Numbered from the stretch's first letter, positions 1-11,236 are shown. The stretch is DNA of 47,842 bases from Octopus bimaculoides (GCF_001194135.2 NC_068982.1:47748381-47796222), one strand, 5' to 3'. Program-made: numbers and translations. The notes: generated by a model from the letters alone, not told the origin.

Positions 1-13
1 CAAAAGCAATTTT

Positions 14-72
14 AATGATGATGATGGCGAGGCAGGGTGGTGGGGGTTTGGAAGGGGTAGTGGTAGTGTTGG

Positions 73-144
<72 letters not shown>

Positions 145-349
145 GGGTGGCACTAGTGGTGGTAGTGATGATGGCGATCATGGTGGTGGTGGTGCTGAAG
201 ATGTCAAGGATAATGCAGATGACGAGAATGGGGTCATCCCCATGGAAATAATATGTATGTGATAATGATGATGACAACAGTGATGATGATTCTGATTTGG
301 GCAATGATGATGATGGTGATGATCAAGATAACGATGGCAATGACGAGGT

Positions 350-383
<34 letters not shown>
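14..383 (+). repeat. (GAT)n / GAT-rich microsatellite and cryptic simple repeat
   Basis: Pure (GAT)n at ~71-143 and ~349-383 with degenerate GAT/GGT between. Explains the poly-M/H/I ORFs. Confidence 0.95.
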
Positions 384-384
<1 letters not shown>

Positions 385-1114
385 GCATTCCACCTTGCTA
401 GCCATAGGTGCTTGACTCCCTTTAAAAGAAAAAAGAAGAAAAAGAATAAACAAAACCAAGCAAGAAAAGGAAAAAAACAGGAAAGGAAAAACATGAGAAA
501 GAACATTTAATCTTGTCAGTCTGTTCTAACCTGAAGCTAAACAGATATTTAAAATAGAGCAAAAGAAGGGGGAAAAAAATGAATGAATTCTTAAGAATAT
601 AAAATAAAAATAAATAACTGATTCTGACTATAAATAGAGATAGATGTATAAATATTTTGTCTGACTTGCGATAAAAATAAAATATTATGTAAATATGTTA
701 AGTTACTCTCATTAGGTGTTCGGCAACTTTAGACAATTTAATACAAGAGAGGTCAAGTGATGTTGAAATATCTGTTAGAATTCAGCTAAAAATATTCCTC
801 TGCTTTTGTTAAGAGATTATTTATGGGATAAACTTTGAGCTTTTTTCTTTCTTCATTTATTCGCAGTAGATATTACTGTAAATTGTTTGAAGCATTTTAG
901 ATAAAGAGGAAAAGATCAGCTTGATACAGAGGGTATTTGCACACATAAACACACATGTACATATACACATAAACGTGTGCACAAATATACACACACAAGT
1001 AGACCCAAACACACATTCTGTCAAGCCAGCCAGAGAGCCTTTTGGTGGCCACTTGATGGGCTAGAAACAGCACTTAAATCACACCTCACCATTTTAAATA
1101 AGGAATACATAAAA

Positions 1115-1518
1115 TCTTTTATCTTTTACTTGTTTCAGTCATTAGATTACAGTCATGCTGGGGCATCGCCTTGAAGTATTTTTAGTCAAATGAATCGACC
1201 TTAGTTCTTATTTTTTGTTAAACCTGGTACTTATTCTATCAGTTACTTTTGCCAAATTGCTAAGTTACAGGAATGTAAACACATGAACACTGGTTATCAA
1301 GTAATGGTGGGGCACAAACAGAGACATGAACACACACACACACACGCACACACACAACAGGCTTCTTTCAGTTTCCATCTAACAATCCACTCACAAGGCT
1401 TTGGTTGGCTTGAGGTTATAGTAGAAGACACTTGCCCAAGGTGCCATACAGTGCGACTGAACCCAGAACTATGTAGTTGAGAAGCAAGCTTCTTACCACA
1501 CAGCCACACCTGTGCCTA
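1115..1518 (-). mobile_element. SINE family A, full-length degenerate copy
   Basis: Reverse complement of the 37355-37765 copy: tRNA-like head, 'ccttgggcaagtgtctt' core, internal (TG)n, 'gaaacaagtaaaaga' tail. Confidence 0.9.
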
Positions 1519-1730
1519 CAATGTTCGTTCTGATATACAAAATGATATGGCCATAGTTAGAATGTGTTTGATCATAGGTCTGCTCAAGGTTGATTCAGGG
1601 CTAAAAACAGCAACAACAGTTTATATAGTCACCATCCCCATCAATATCACCCACTTTGTAAGCATTACCAGCAATTTCAGCATTCTCCTATTGGTATGGC
1701 CATATTACCATTATTGTCTAAACTGGTATG

Positions 1731-1953
1731 TACAAGGGGGTACTGAACAGTTCCTGGCTTTAGGTGAAAGAAAATACAGGAGGATCAATTAATTATGATT
1801 TTTATCGAACATATTCTCCTCTCAGATTCACACACTTATTGCAGTGGTCCTTCAGTTTTTCTAAGCCCTATAAAAGAACTTGGAAGGAAGGTTGAGCCTC
1901 CGACTAGCCTTTTGTGACCCTTAAAGCCAAGAACTTTTCAGCGCCCCCTCGTA
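1731..1953 (-). mobile_element. mariner-derived MITE (deletion derivative)
   Basis: TA-bounded imperfect TIRs tacaagggggtactgaacagttcctggcttta / ttaaagccaagaacttttcagcgccccctcgta. Same internal sequence as 14151-14370 in opposite orientation. Keeps a mariner C-terminal remnant (KCVNLRGEYV). Confidence 0.8.
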
Positions 1954-2213
1954 TTTGTTCTGCTCCATCAGAACTGACTTGGAACCAAAGAACAACTTAT
2001 ATTATCACCATCACCATTACCTATACTGTAACATTTGCCAGTGATACCACTATGCAGTCTGTGGTATGATCATGACTGGCATGCATTTGATCATGTGTCT
2101 GCTGAGTCAGAACTGACCTGGGGTTAAACAAGAACAGCAACCTATGCTGTTACCATCACCATCATCCGCATTGTAATCTTTTACCAGTGATACCACTATC
2201 ATGTCAGTGGTAT

Positions 2214-2503
2214 CTTATATCTTTTATTTGTTTCAGTCTTTAGACTGTGGCCTTGCTGGAGCACTGCCTTGAAGAATATCTTAGTCGAATGAATTGACCC
2301 CAGTGCTTACTTTTTTTTATAAGTCTCGTACTTATTCTATTATTCTTTTCTGCTGAACTGCTAAGTTATGGGGATGTAAACACACCAACACTGGTTGTCA
2401 AGCCATGGTGGGGAGACAAATACAGACACAGACACACACATATGGTGGGCTTTCAGTTTCTGTTTACCAAATCCATTTGCAAGGCTTTGGTTGGCCCAAG
2501 GTC
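2214..2503 (-). mobile_element. SINE family A, 5'-truncated
   Basis: Tail and mid-body match family A; head absent. Confidence 0.85.
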
Positions 2504-2520
2504 TTTTTCTTTCATCTTTT

Positions 2521-2696
2521 AGTCAGGAAGCTTGGAAAGTGCTGCTGTCATGACCTACAGAGCCCTTGAGACAGATGGGAGATAGTCTTGCATCAGAGAA
2601 CTTGTGTGAATGCTTGAAGCAAAGTACCTGATGGGGATGTTAAACCAGGCAATGGATTAAGTCTACCACCCAAATAGATTGAAATAGACAGCTGGA
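2521..2696 (+). repeat. Left arm of a 176-bp inverted repeat (partner 4993-5168)
   Basis: Hand alignment to the reverse complement of 4993-5168: 9 mismatches in 176 nt, all transitions. Confidence 0.9.
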
Positions 2697-2910
2697 CTTG
2701 AACTCAGAACACAAAGATCTGGAACAAATGCTAATTAGCATTACATCAAATGTACAAACATTTCTGCCAGTTCATTATTCTAGGCAGGTACTTTATTTAT
2801 TGACCTTAGAAGGATGAAAAGCAAATTTGACCTTAGAAGGATTTGAACGCACAATATCAGGTGCTAGAATAAATACCACAAGACTTTTTATCTGACACTA
2901 ATAACTCTGA
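2690..2910 (-). mobile_element. SINE family B fragments
   Basis: 'ttgaactcagaac...ttctgccag' head and 'aggatgaaaagcaaa.ttgacc' core match the 29316-29550 copy. Confidence 0.7.
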
Positions 2911-3297
2911 TTATTGGTTTCTGTAATGTATTCTTTGTTATTCTTTATTTATGACAATAGGGTATAATTTGCAGGAGATTTAGTTGCTATTTCTAGCAGG
3001 CTTTGTGACCTTTTGGAAGCTCTAGTATTGGCTGGTTCTGGTTCTTTTATCTGTGTTTATTGATTTAGCAGGTATTCTAATTTCATTTTAAAGTTGATTG
3101 TTCTCGGGATATGTAATATCATGATGCCAAATAAAATAAAGTTTTGATGGAAGACAAATTAGATATCCTTCCTGCTAATGTTTGTAACTAGATTCTTTAT
3201 GCCTCTGGGTTTATGATTGGAATTTCTCCTTATATTTAGTAGATTGTTGCTTGGTATTTTTTATAAGTATACTACTTACATGTAATTAAGTTTAGAG

Positions 3298-3462
3298 AGT
3301 GCAGGCATAGTTAAGCAGTTAACAAAACTAACTTTGCAACCACATGGCTCTGGGTTCAATCCTACTGTGCAGCATCCAGGTGTTTTAATTATAACCTTCA
3401 GTTGACCAGTAATTTGTGAGTGGAATTTGGTAGATGGAAACTGTGAGGAAGCACATCGTTTG
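3298..3462 (+). mobile_element. SINE family A 5' half, old
   Basis: Head with 'gggttcaatcc' B-box and 'gtgagtggaatttggtagatggaaactg'. Confidence 0.75.
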
Positions 3463-3664
3463 AATGACTGATAACCCATACTGGGTTTCACAATTTAAGA
3501 ATCTTAACAGCAATCAGTGCTCAGATAGTTCTAACAGTAAATGGGTATTTTAGGCATGGCATCCTTGCAGTTAAATGTGTTTTACATCAATGTGAGAAAC
3601 TAATATCAACTATTTGGGGAGATATCAAAATATATATAAAAAAAAGTTATTGTATATACATAAA

Positions 3665-3835
3665 TACATGTATGGGTAGTTAAAAAGCTCACTTTGCAAC
3701 AATGTAGTTTTGAGTTCACTCCCAGCATGTGGCATCTTGGGCAAGTGTCTTCTCTAAAGTCCTGGTCTGACCAAAGTCTCATGGAAAAATTTGGCTGACA
3801 GAAACTGTATGGAAGCCTACTGTGTATGTATACAT
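3665..3835 (+). mobile_element. SINE family A 5' half, old
   Basis: 'tggcatcttgggcaagtgtcttct...gaccaaag...gaaactg'. Confidence 0.75.
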
Positions 3836-3842
3836 ACATATA

Positions 3843-4205
3843 TCATCATTATCATCATTTAATGTCTTTTTACCATGCAGGCATGGGTTGGATGGTTTAA
3901 CAGGAGCTGGCTAGCCAGGAGACTGCACTAGATTTCACTGTCTGTTTTGGCATGGTTTTTATGGTTAGATGCCCTTTTTAATGACAACCACCTTACAGAG
4001 TGGACTGCGTTTTTTATGAGGTACCAACACTGGCGAGGTCTGTTTCTGCATGATTTTTATTGCTGGTGCCCTTCTTAGTTCCCACCACTTTACAGTATGT
4101 ACCTGATGCTTTTTACATGGTGTCAGCATTGGCAGGATCACCAAGTAACTTGAAAGTCAAAGATCCTTTGAGAGGTGGGGTATTGGAGGAGGTAGCCTTG
4201 TGCCA
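3843..4205 (-). mobile_element. RTE-tailed non-autonomous element (family D) with internal ~105-bp dimer
   Basis: Reverse complement ends 'aaaccatccaacccatgcctgcatgg...ttaaatgatgat'. Contains the 'gtggttg...aagggcatc' module twice. Confidence 0.75.
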
Positions 4206-4269
4206 AATCTTACTCTCGTCAGAAAATTGAGTTGTGGAAGTGCTATGTTTTGGGTTCTCCACCCATTAT

Positions 4270-4980
4270 AGTGTCTCTCCACCACTTCATGTTGCTGCTT
4301 CCTGCCCCCACTCTGGTTCCACAGACCACTCAACCATATCATATCTCTCTTGTCCCCCACCTCTCAGGGACTGTATTATCTCTTGCTTGTTGCCTCCACT
4401 CCTCTGCATTCCTCTACTTTCCCCATGGTTCTTGTTTCATCCACCTTTCAGCACCTAGTCATTCTGGCAGTCTGCCTCTCCACCCCTCATTCATTTTCCC
4501 ATACAATCTTGCAAATAACCCAACCCCTTCTACTCAGCTTGTTCCTTGTGGGGGCAACCCGGGCACCTTATTGCCATTATCTGTGTCTCGCAACTCCTAC
4601 TGATCTTCTGTTTCTCTTTCTCTCTCCTTCCTTTACCTCTATTAGATGTGAGTAGTTATGCAGATCCATCTGTAGGGACCTGCTCTGTCCCTCCCCTCTC
4701 ACAGTTGTCTCCTAGCATGAAGCTGACACTCCCACCTACTCCAGGGCTCATAGTCCTGTGAACTGCATAGCGATCTCAATAGTACAGGTGGCATAAAAGA
4801 AATGCCCCCTGTCCATGCTGTAAAGGGGTTAGTATTAGGAAGGACATCCAGCTGTAAAAGCCATTCCAAAGCAGACATTGGAGCTTGATACAGTCCTTGC
4901 TCATATCGGACCCTGTCTAACCTTCCAGCCCATGCCAGTCTAGAACATGGACATTGAATGATGATGATGATGATGATGAT
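4270..4980 (+). mobile_element. Family D element with long pyrimidine-rich 5' extension
   Basis: 3' part 'aggaaggacatccagctgtaaaa...ccagcccatgccag...ggacattgaa(tga)n'. The 5' ~430 bp is unclassified. Confidence 0.6.
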
Positions 4981-4992
4981 GTGTGTTGTATT

Positions 4993-5168
4993 TCCAGCTA
5001 CCTATTTCAATCTATTTGGGTGGTAGACTTAATCCATTGCCTGGTTTAACATCTCCATCAGATACTTTGCTTCAAGCATTCACACAAGTTCTCTGACATA
5101 AGGCTATCTCCCATCTGTCTCAAGGGCTCTGTAGGTCATGACAGCAGCATTTTCCAAGCTTCCTGACT
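4993..5168 (-). repeat. Right arm of the 176-bp inverted repeat (partner 2521-2696)
   Basis: See left arm. Confidence 0.9.
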
Positions 5169-5182
5169 GTTTCCCACTGTTT

Positions 5183-5350
5183 CACAACTGGTGTTAGTTT
5201 GTTTATGTTTCTTTGCAGTTTAGCAAAAAAGATCGCTAGAATACACACCAAACTTTAAAAAAATAAATACTGCGATTTGATTTGTTTGACTGAACCCTTT
5301 GAGACACTGCTCTAGCATGGCTGCAGTCTAGTGACTGGAACAAGTAGAAG
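5183..5350 (+). mobile_element. SINE family A 3' half, old
   Basis: 'gcaaaaaagatcgctagaat...ctctagcatggctgcagtc...gaacaagtagaaga'. Confidence 0.7.
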
Positions 5351-5398
5351 ACACACACGCACACAAACACAGACAGGCACATTCATTAGCTCGCATGT

Positions 5399-5626
5399 TT
5401 AACCCTTTTGTTACCATACTTCTTTTGATACATACAGTCTTTGTTCCAATCAATTTCTGAAATAACACAGAAATTATCAAAATGACTAAGTCACTATTAT
5501 ACTGGTATTTGGAACAAATTAACATGAAATTTTGATATAAGGTTTTACTTTGGATCACATTAAAGCAGGAAATTTGTGTCATAGATCCTGGGTTAGCCTC
5601 AGCCAGGTTGGTATCAAATGAGTTAA
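5399..5626. mobile_element. piggyBac-like MITE
   Basis: TTAA at both ends; imperfect TIR ttaacccttttgttacc / ggtatcaaatgagttaa. Confidence 0.6.
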
Positions 5627-5954
5627 TGCCTGTTTATGATTCTACCACGGATTGGGTAGGGACTTATTTAGGGCAGCATTTAATGTTTCTCCTGCTACCA
5701 ACCTTTTCTTATTTCACAAGTATGAGATATTTTTCCTTTATTTCACTAGTTTTTGAAAGTGCAGAGTAGCCAATCATAATATCAATAAAAACTGGAACAT
5801 CATATCAGCAGACAGTGATAAGTGAAACCATAGAATATTAATATTTGTGCACATACAAACACATATGCATGTATATGTGTGTATCTATATATGTATATAT
5901 ATTTATCTCTTTCTATATATAGATATGTATATGTGTGTGTATACACACATAATG

Positions 5955-6357
5955 GTATCAGCACTAAGCAGTGATGAGGAATAAACAAGCTTTAGGTTAG
6001 TTAAAATATGTTCTGACATATAACTTTAGGTTAGTTAACTAACCTAAAGTTCGTTTATTCCTCATCACTCATAGCACTGATACGATCGCATTCACTCCAA
6101 CCAGGATGATATTGACTTTTTAAGATAAAGCTACTGCTTTAGAATCTACATGAGTTATCTCTCTTTAGTATCTCCTACTGAGGATGACTAAAGTGTCAGA
6201 AATCATGTCTGGGAGTCTGCTAGGAGGAGATACTGAGAAGATATAGAGTTTTTACACCTTCTACTATAAGCGAGAATTTTTCTCCATGGTACATACAGTG
6301 AATTTGTCTTCAGAAGTTGAAATATGTCATAAGCATATTTGAACTAACCTAAAGTTC
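5955..6357 (+). mobile_element. Retrozyme/PLE-like short element: ~305-nt monomer plus inverted junction copy
   Basis: 16-nt direct repeat aactaacctaaagttc at 6037 and 6342. Perfect 30-bp palindrome at 6022-6051. 5955-6021 is an inverted copy of the end-to-start junction. Contains a hammerhead. Confidence 0.65.
6172..6215 (+). ncRNA. Type I hammerhead ribozyme motif
   Basis: CTCCTA-CTGAGGA-TGAC(taaagt)GTCA-GAAA-tcat-GTC|TGGGAG. CUGANGA and GAAA core, 4-bp stem II, 6-bp stem I, GUC cleavage after 6209. Confidence 0.75.
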
Positions 6358-6371
6358 AAATATAGTAGTAG

Positions 6372-6590
6372 GGGGCCTTGTGGCTTAGTGGTTAAGGAGT
6401 TCAATTCATGATTGTAAGATTGCGGTTTCAATTCCTTGACTGGGCAATGCGTTGTGTTCTTGAGCAAAACATTTAATTTCATGTTGCTCCAGTCCTCTCA
6501 GCTGGCAAAAATGAGTAATCTTGTGACAGATTGGTGTCCCATCCAGGTGGGAGTATATGGACTATGGAAACCAGTCCTATTAGTGAGTCT
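6372..6590 (+). mobile_element. SINE family C (variant 3' end)
   Basis: A-box 'tggcttagtggtt', B-box-like 'ggtttcaattcc', then 'gttgtgttcttgagcaaaac...ttgctccagtc..ctcagctg'. Confidence 0.75.
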
Positions 6591-6993
6591 ATATAAAGTT
6601 CATATATATATATATTGTATTTTGGGATAGTCATTTTTTTCCCCAAATAAACACATTCACACTATATTTGTTCTTCACTCGTTTATTATAGTGAACAACA
6701 TGAAATACAAGACCAAATGAGTTGAATACACAAACGACGAGAGAAACAAATGGAAAACAGGACAAGTAACATAAAGAAGGAATGTTCATCAGTTGTTAGC
6801 TGCATATCTACTCCTCATTCCGAGCATTGAATGACAATATGAGTCTTCGAAGGCAGTTTCTCCCACAAAAACCAAAATAAAATTTGGGATTTATGGAGGG
6901 TCAAAGTTGATAACAAAAACAGGACAGTAGAGACATACAAGGAAACTGAACAAAAACAAACATGGAAGGTCGTTAGACCAGACATACACACAA

Positions 6994-7026
<33 letters not shown>

Positions 7027-7249
7027 CATACTCACACACACACACACAAACACATATATATATAAATATATACATATATATATATATATACATACACATA
7101 CATACATGCATACATACATACATACATACATACATACATACATACATACATGCATACATACATACATACATACATATAATATGATGGACTCTCCTGTTGG
7201 TTTCAACGTTCGAGGATCTGACAACTTAATTTTTCTTTGTCATAATGAT

Positions 7250-7450
7250 TATTTATTTAAAGATCACAATATATGTATTAAAGTGCTACCAATAGTTTCA
7301 TATATTGAGAGAACTCAAGCCACATATCAAGCCACATATCATAATGAACTAAAGAAATTGATTTGCACCTGAAGATTATGTTTGAGTTCTCTCAAAATAT
7401 GAAACTATTAGTAGCACTTTAATACATGTATTGTGACCTTTAAATAAATA
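7250..7450. repeat. 69-bp inverted repeat with a degenerate hammerhead-like core
   Basis: Arms 7250-7318 and 7382-7450, 4 mismatches. CTGAAGA at 7369, hairpin, GAAAC at 7401. Confidence 0.8.
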
Positions 7451-8051
7451 TTTCACTCTCACCAGATGGAGTACTTTTTTTATTGAATTTTCTGTCACAG
7501 ATTAGTACATTATATATAAAGGTTATGAAGGGTATTGGAGTCAACCAAACCCTAAAGTTACAGGTAATACCGAGTAAGTGCTGTATACTGACTATACATA
7601 AAATAAAATTCTAACTTTGCCATTGGTCTCTTTATCCTTTTCTTTCTTTATATATATATATATNNNNNNNNNNNNNNNNNNNNNNNNNNNNNNNNNNNNN
7701 NNNNNNNNNNNNNNNNNNNNNNNNNNNNNNNNNNNNNNNNNNNNNNNNNNNNNNNNNNNNNNNNNNNNNNNNNNNNNNNNNNNNNNNNNNNNNNNNNNNN
7801 NNNNNNNNNNNNNNNNNNNNNNNNNNNNNNNNNNNNNNNNNNNNNNNNNNNNNNNNNNNNNNNNNNNNNNNNNNNNNNNNNNNNNNNNNNNNNNNNNNNN
7901 NNNNNNNNNNNNNNNNNNNNNNNNNNNNNNNNNNNNGAAAAGATTGTTCTGCAAACACCAGAATGTAAGCGAGCAAGACAAATGAAAAGATACAATCTTT
8001 TCTTAGTGGTGATCTTCTAGCAAAAGGGATGTCCACTTAGTGGTCATCCCC

Positions 8052-8093
<42 letters not shown>

Positions 8094-8102
8094 TGTATGT
8101 GT

Positions 8103-8138
<36 letters not shown>

Positions 8139-8142
<4 letters not shown>

Positions 8143-8398
8143 GTCTCCATTACTTGACATTGCATAATAGTTGTAAACAAGTGTCACTGCCATGCAAGCA
8201 GTGTCTTTCATTTCTAACCTTCCCTGAAAACATGTCTGGTCATAGAGAAATATCACCTTACTTGGAAACAGGTGAGGGTTGGCAACAGGAAAAGCATCCA
8301 GCTGTAGAAAATCCACCTCAACAAATTCCATCAGCTGAATACAAGAATGAAAAAGTGGATTTGAAAACAATGATGACGATGATGATGATGATGATGAT
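8139..8398 (+). mobile_element. RTE-tailed element (variant E)
   Basis: 'ttgacattgcataatagttgtaaacaagtgtcac...ggaaacaggtgagggttggcaacaggaaaagcatcc...aaaagtggatttgaaaac(gat)n'. Homologous to 43800-44040 and 47440-47665. Confidence 0.8.
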
Positions 8399-9478
8399 AC
8401 TTGCAGTTGCAAATCATATTCTGAACAGTCTGGAATTGTTTTCAGTTTTCTCAAGATAATGCATCTTTGAAGTTGTTAGTATTGTTACTAACACACACAT
8501 GCACATGTGTGCACTCAAACAAACATATATGTACATCATGGCTTTGCTTGTTATTAGTATTTCATTTTCTGTTGTCTTTCATTTTATGAAAGATAATATC
8601 TGCTCAGGTCAACTATTTATGCTAAAAGAGATGAAAATGTCTGGCAGTTCTTGTTTCTGGTATCAACATGGTCAGCATGACTCACTGGAATAGTCAACAC
8701 TTTTATACTTCAACTGCCTGATGTCTCCTCCTCTCACACACAGATGTATAAAGTGTGAGTTTGTCTGTGTGCATGTGTATGAACATAAACATATATATAT
8801 ACACACATACACACAAATGCACATACATATTTATATTAACAGTTAGTTTATAAACCAGGAAAAAAGCACACTCAATATATGTAAAAGACCAAGTATACAC
8901 TTTTAACATCAAGCAAATGTATTACTGGTTATGGAATATAAATGGTCATAATATGACCATTACTTTCACACCAAGTATTGTCTCCAGACAATATTAACCT
9001 ATTTTTCTGTTTTATGTTGGAGATGCATATACTCTAAGTTGGCTGCTCATTGGTGGCAAAAGGGTGGAATGAAATATGGAGGAAAATATCATTTTTCAGG
9101 AGAAGCATTATTCTTCGTGGATTGGGGTTAGCCAGAGGTGAAGTGTGTTAAGTGGTGTGTGCCTGTGTGTGTGTGTGTGTGTGTGTACACAGACACAACT
9201 GTATCATTCTTTAGTTGAGAAATGGACATAACCACATTGCCTAAACACATTTGCACTCATGAAGGCAGCAGTCAAAAATTTCATTTTTCAAGTTCAGGAA
9301 AGTACCCAGATCAAATGAATTTTAGAATGATTCTCCTCTCTGCTAAGCAGAGTCTGTAGCTTCTGCTTTCAGTAAGATATGGTCTAGAACATTTCAACGA
9401 CCTTTAATTGATGTTATATAGCATTGTTTCCTCTTTTGCTGCCATGCATAGTTGAGTAAAGTTGTAACATTACATATA

Positions 9479-9639
9479 GGTGCAGGCATGGCTGTATCAT
9501 AAGAGGCTTGAAACCACATGGTTTCAGGTTCAGTACCTCTGTGTGGCACCTTGGGCAAGTCTCTTGTACTATAACCTTGGGCCAACCAAAGCCTTGTGAG
9601 TGGATCTGGTAGATTGAAACTGAAAGAAACTCATCATAT

Positions 9640-9685
<46 letters not shown>

Positions 9686-9695
9686 NNNNNNNNNN

Positions 9696-9764
<69 letters not shown>

Positions 9765-10000
9765 GTATATATATGTATGTATGCATTTATATGTGTGCGT
9801 CTTTGTATCTATGTTTGTCCTCCCACTGATGTTGGTGTGTTTTCATTCCTGTAACTTAGTGGGTCAGCTAAAGAGACTGATAGAATAAATACTAGGCTTT
9901 AAAAAGTCCTGAGCTCAATTTCCTTGACTAAAACTCTTTAAGGCAGTGCTCCAGCATGGCCACAGTCAAATAAGTTAAACAAATAAAAGAATAAAAGAAT
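9479..10000 (+). mobile_element. SINE family A, full-length, expanded internal microsatellite
   Basis: Head, core, (TA)(TG)n with a small gap, 3' body and 'aaataaaaga' tail. Confidence 0.9.
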
Positions 10001-10014
10001 ATCTTGGATTCTAA

Positions 10015-10620
10015 AAGTGGATTTGTGATTATTGAGACTGGTCTTAAAGGGTCCTCCATTGCCCTGATAATTTTTCTGTAGATGCAACAACCAGTTGGTG
10101 TTGGTTGACACTACTTCTGCTTTGTGGAACAATGCTTCTGTGTTGCATTGACTACTCACTAGGCACTCACCGTAAACCCTGCAAAAGCATTCTGCCCCAG
10201 CCAGCATTTTAAAGATATTAATTAATAATAATTAAAAATCATCAGAAAAATCATCATATTCTTGACAATAGGTGTGTTACTAAAAGAGACCCTTAAGTTA
10301 TGTTTACTGAATATTTTCCTATATCTTTGGTCCTGTGCAAAATGTTTATCCATGAATCTATGGAGGGCCCTATCTATGCAGATTTTCATGTTCAATGAGA
10401 AAGGGTGGCAAGGCAAGCCAGATGACTTAGTAGTGATTCTTTCTCTTGTCAGTGTTAGAAGCTAGATATGTAAGTAATACAGTCTTTAAATCTGCTGCCA
10501 GAGCCTTGTTATTGTATGAAACCACTCAAGCAAAAGTAGTGACCTTATGTTGACAGCTCTGCGTTTTCAATGGTAACTGGAATAAAAAATCCTCACTTAG
10601 AAAACAAGTGTTAGCAACAA
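10015..10620 (-). pseudogene. Penelope-like (Neptune-type) RT C-terminal/linker/GIY-YIG fragment
   Basis: 'HPFSLNMK...FMDKHF...KIFSKHNLRVSFS' matches the PLE motif PPFSxNVKTNIG...DKHF...KIFN...VSYS. 'CRVYGECL...FHKAEV...GPFKTSLNNHKSTFR' matches the GIY-YIG start. Frameshifted. Confidence 0.75.
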
Positions 10621-10672
10621 GAAGACAAACAAGCTGTACTAATAATATATCAATATCATATCTTCTAAGGTC

Positions 10673-10797
10673 ATGAACTGGCAGAATTGTTAGCACTCTG
10701 GGAAAAATGCTTGGTGGCATCTCATCTGTCTTTATGTTCTGAGTTCAAATTCTACTGTGGTTGTCTTTCCTTTTTGCGGTGGATAAAAAAAGTACCA
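10673..10797 (+). mobile_element. SINE family B 5' part
   Basis: 'ctggcagaattgttagcac...atgctt...gttctgagttcaaattc...gataaaaaaagtaccagt'. Confidence 0.8.
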
Positions 10798-11051
10798 GTG
10801 TGTAGTGGTTAGCGATCTATCATGACGAATATGTATATACATACATATATATATATATATANNNNNNNNNNNNNNNNNNNNNNNNNNNNNNNNNNNNNNN
10901 NNNNNNNNNNNNNNNNNNNNNNNNNNNNNNNNNNNNNNNNNNNNNNNNNNNNNNNNNNNNNNNNNNNNNNNNNNNNNNNNNNNNNNNNNNNNNNNNNNNN
11001 NNNNNNNNNNNNNNNNNNNNNNNNNNNNNNNNNNNNNNNNNNNNNNNNNNN

Positions 11052-11236
11052 CTTGTGTTACATGGTTAAAGTATATATTTAAGTCTGGAGCGAACACATG
11101 TTACAATGAAGTAGAGAAATTTGAAAAGACAACACAAAACCGGTTATTTCTCCAAATACAATGTTTATATACCCAAAAAATTTTATAACATTTTTCTGAC
11201 ATAATTTAAATATATACTTTAACCATGTAACACAAG
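11052..11236. repeat. Perfect 31-bp inverted repeat, 123-bp spacer
   Basis: cttgtgttacatggttaaagtatatatttaa (11052-11082) and its exact reverse complement (11206-11236). The left arm abuts a gap. Confidence 0.85.

Noticed and set aside
15-510. Poly-Met/His/Ile ORFs, and the many YI/CV/HT/SL/ER-repeat ORFs across the track
   Set aside because: They are translations of microsatellites or read through N-gaps; no coding complexity.
4232-4655. Overlapping 100-120 aa ORFs
   Set aside because: Pyrimidine-rich low-complexity sequence within a repeat; no domain similarity recognised.
6780-6830. Minus-strand CTGATGA in an unclassified segment, possible type II hammerhead
   Set aside because: No intact GAAA or supporting stems in this copy.
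7512-7600. Short similarity with 36585-36662 next to (TA)n
   Set aside because: Real but too short and diverged to classify or interpret.
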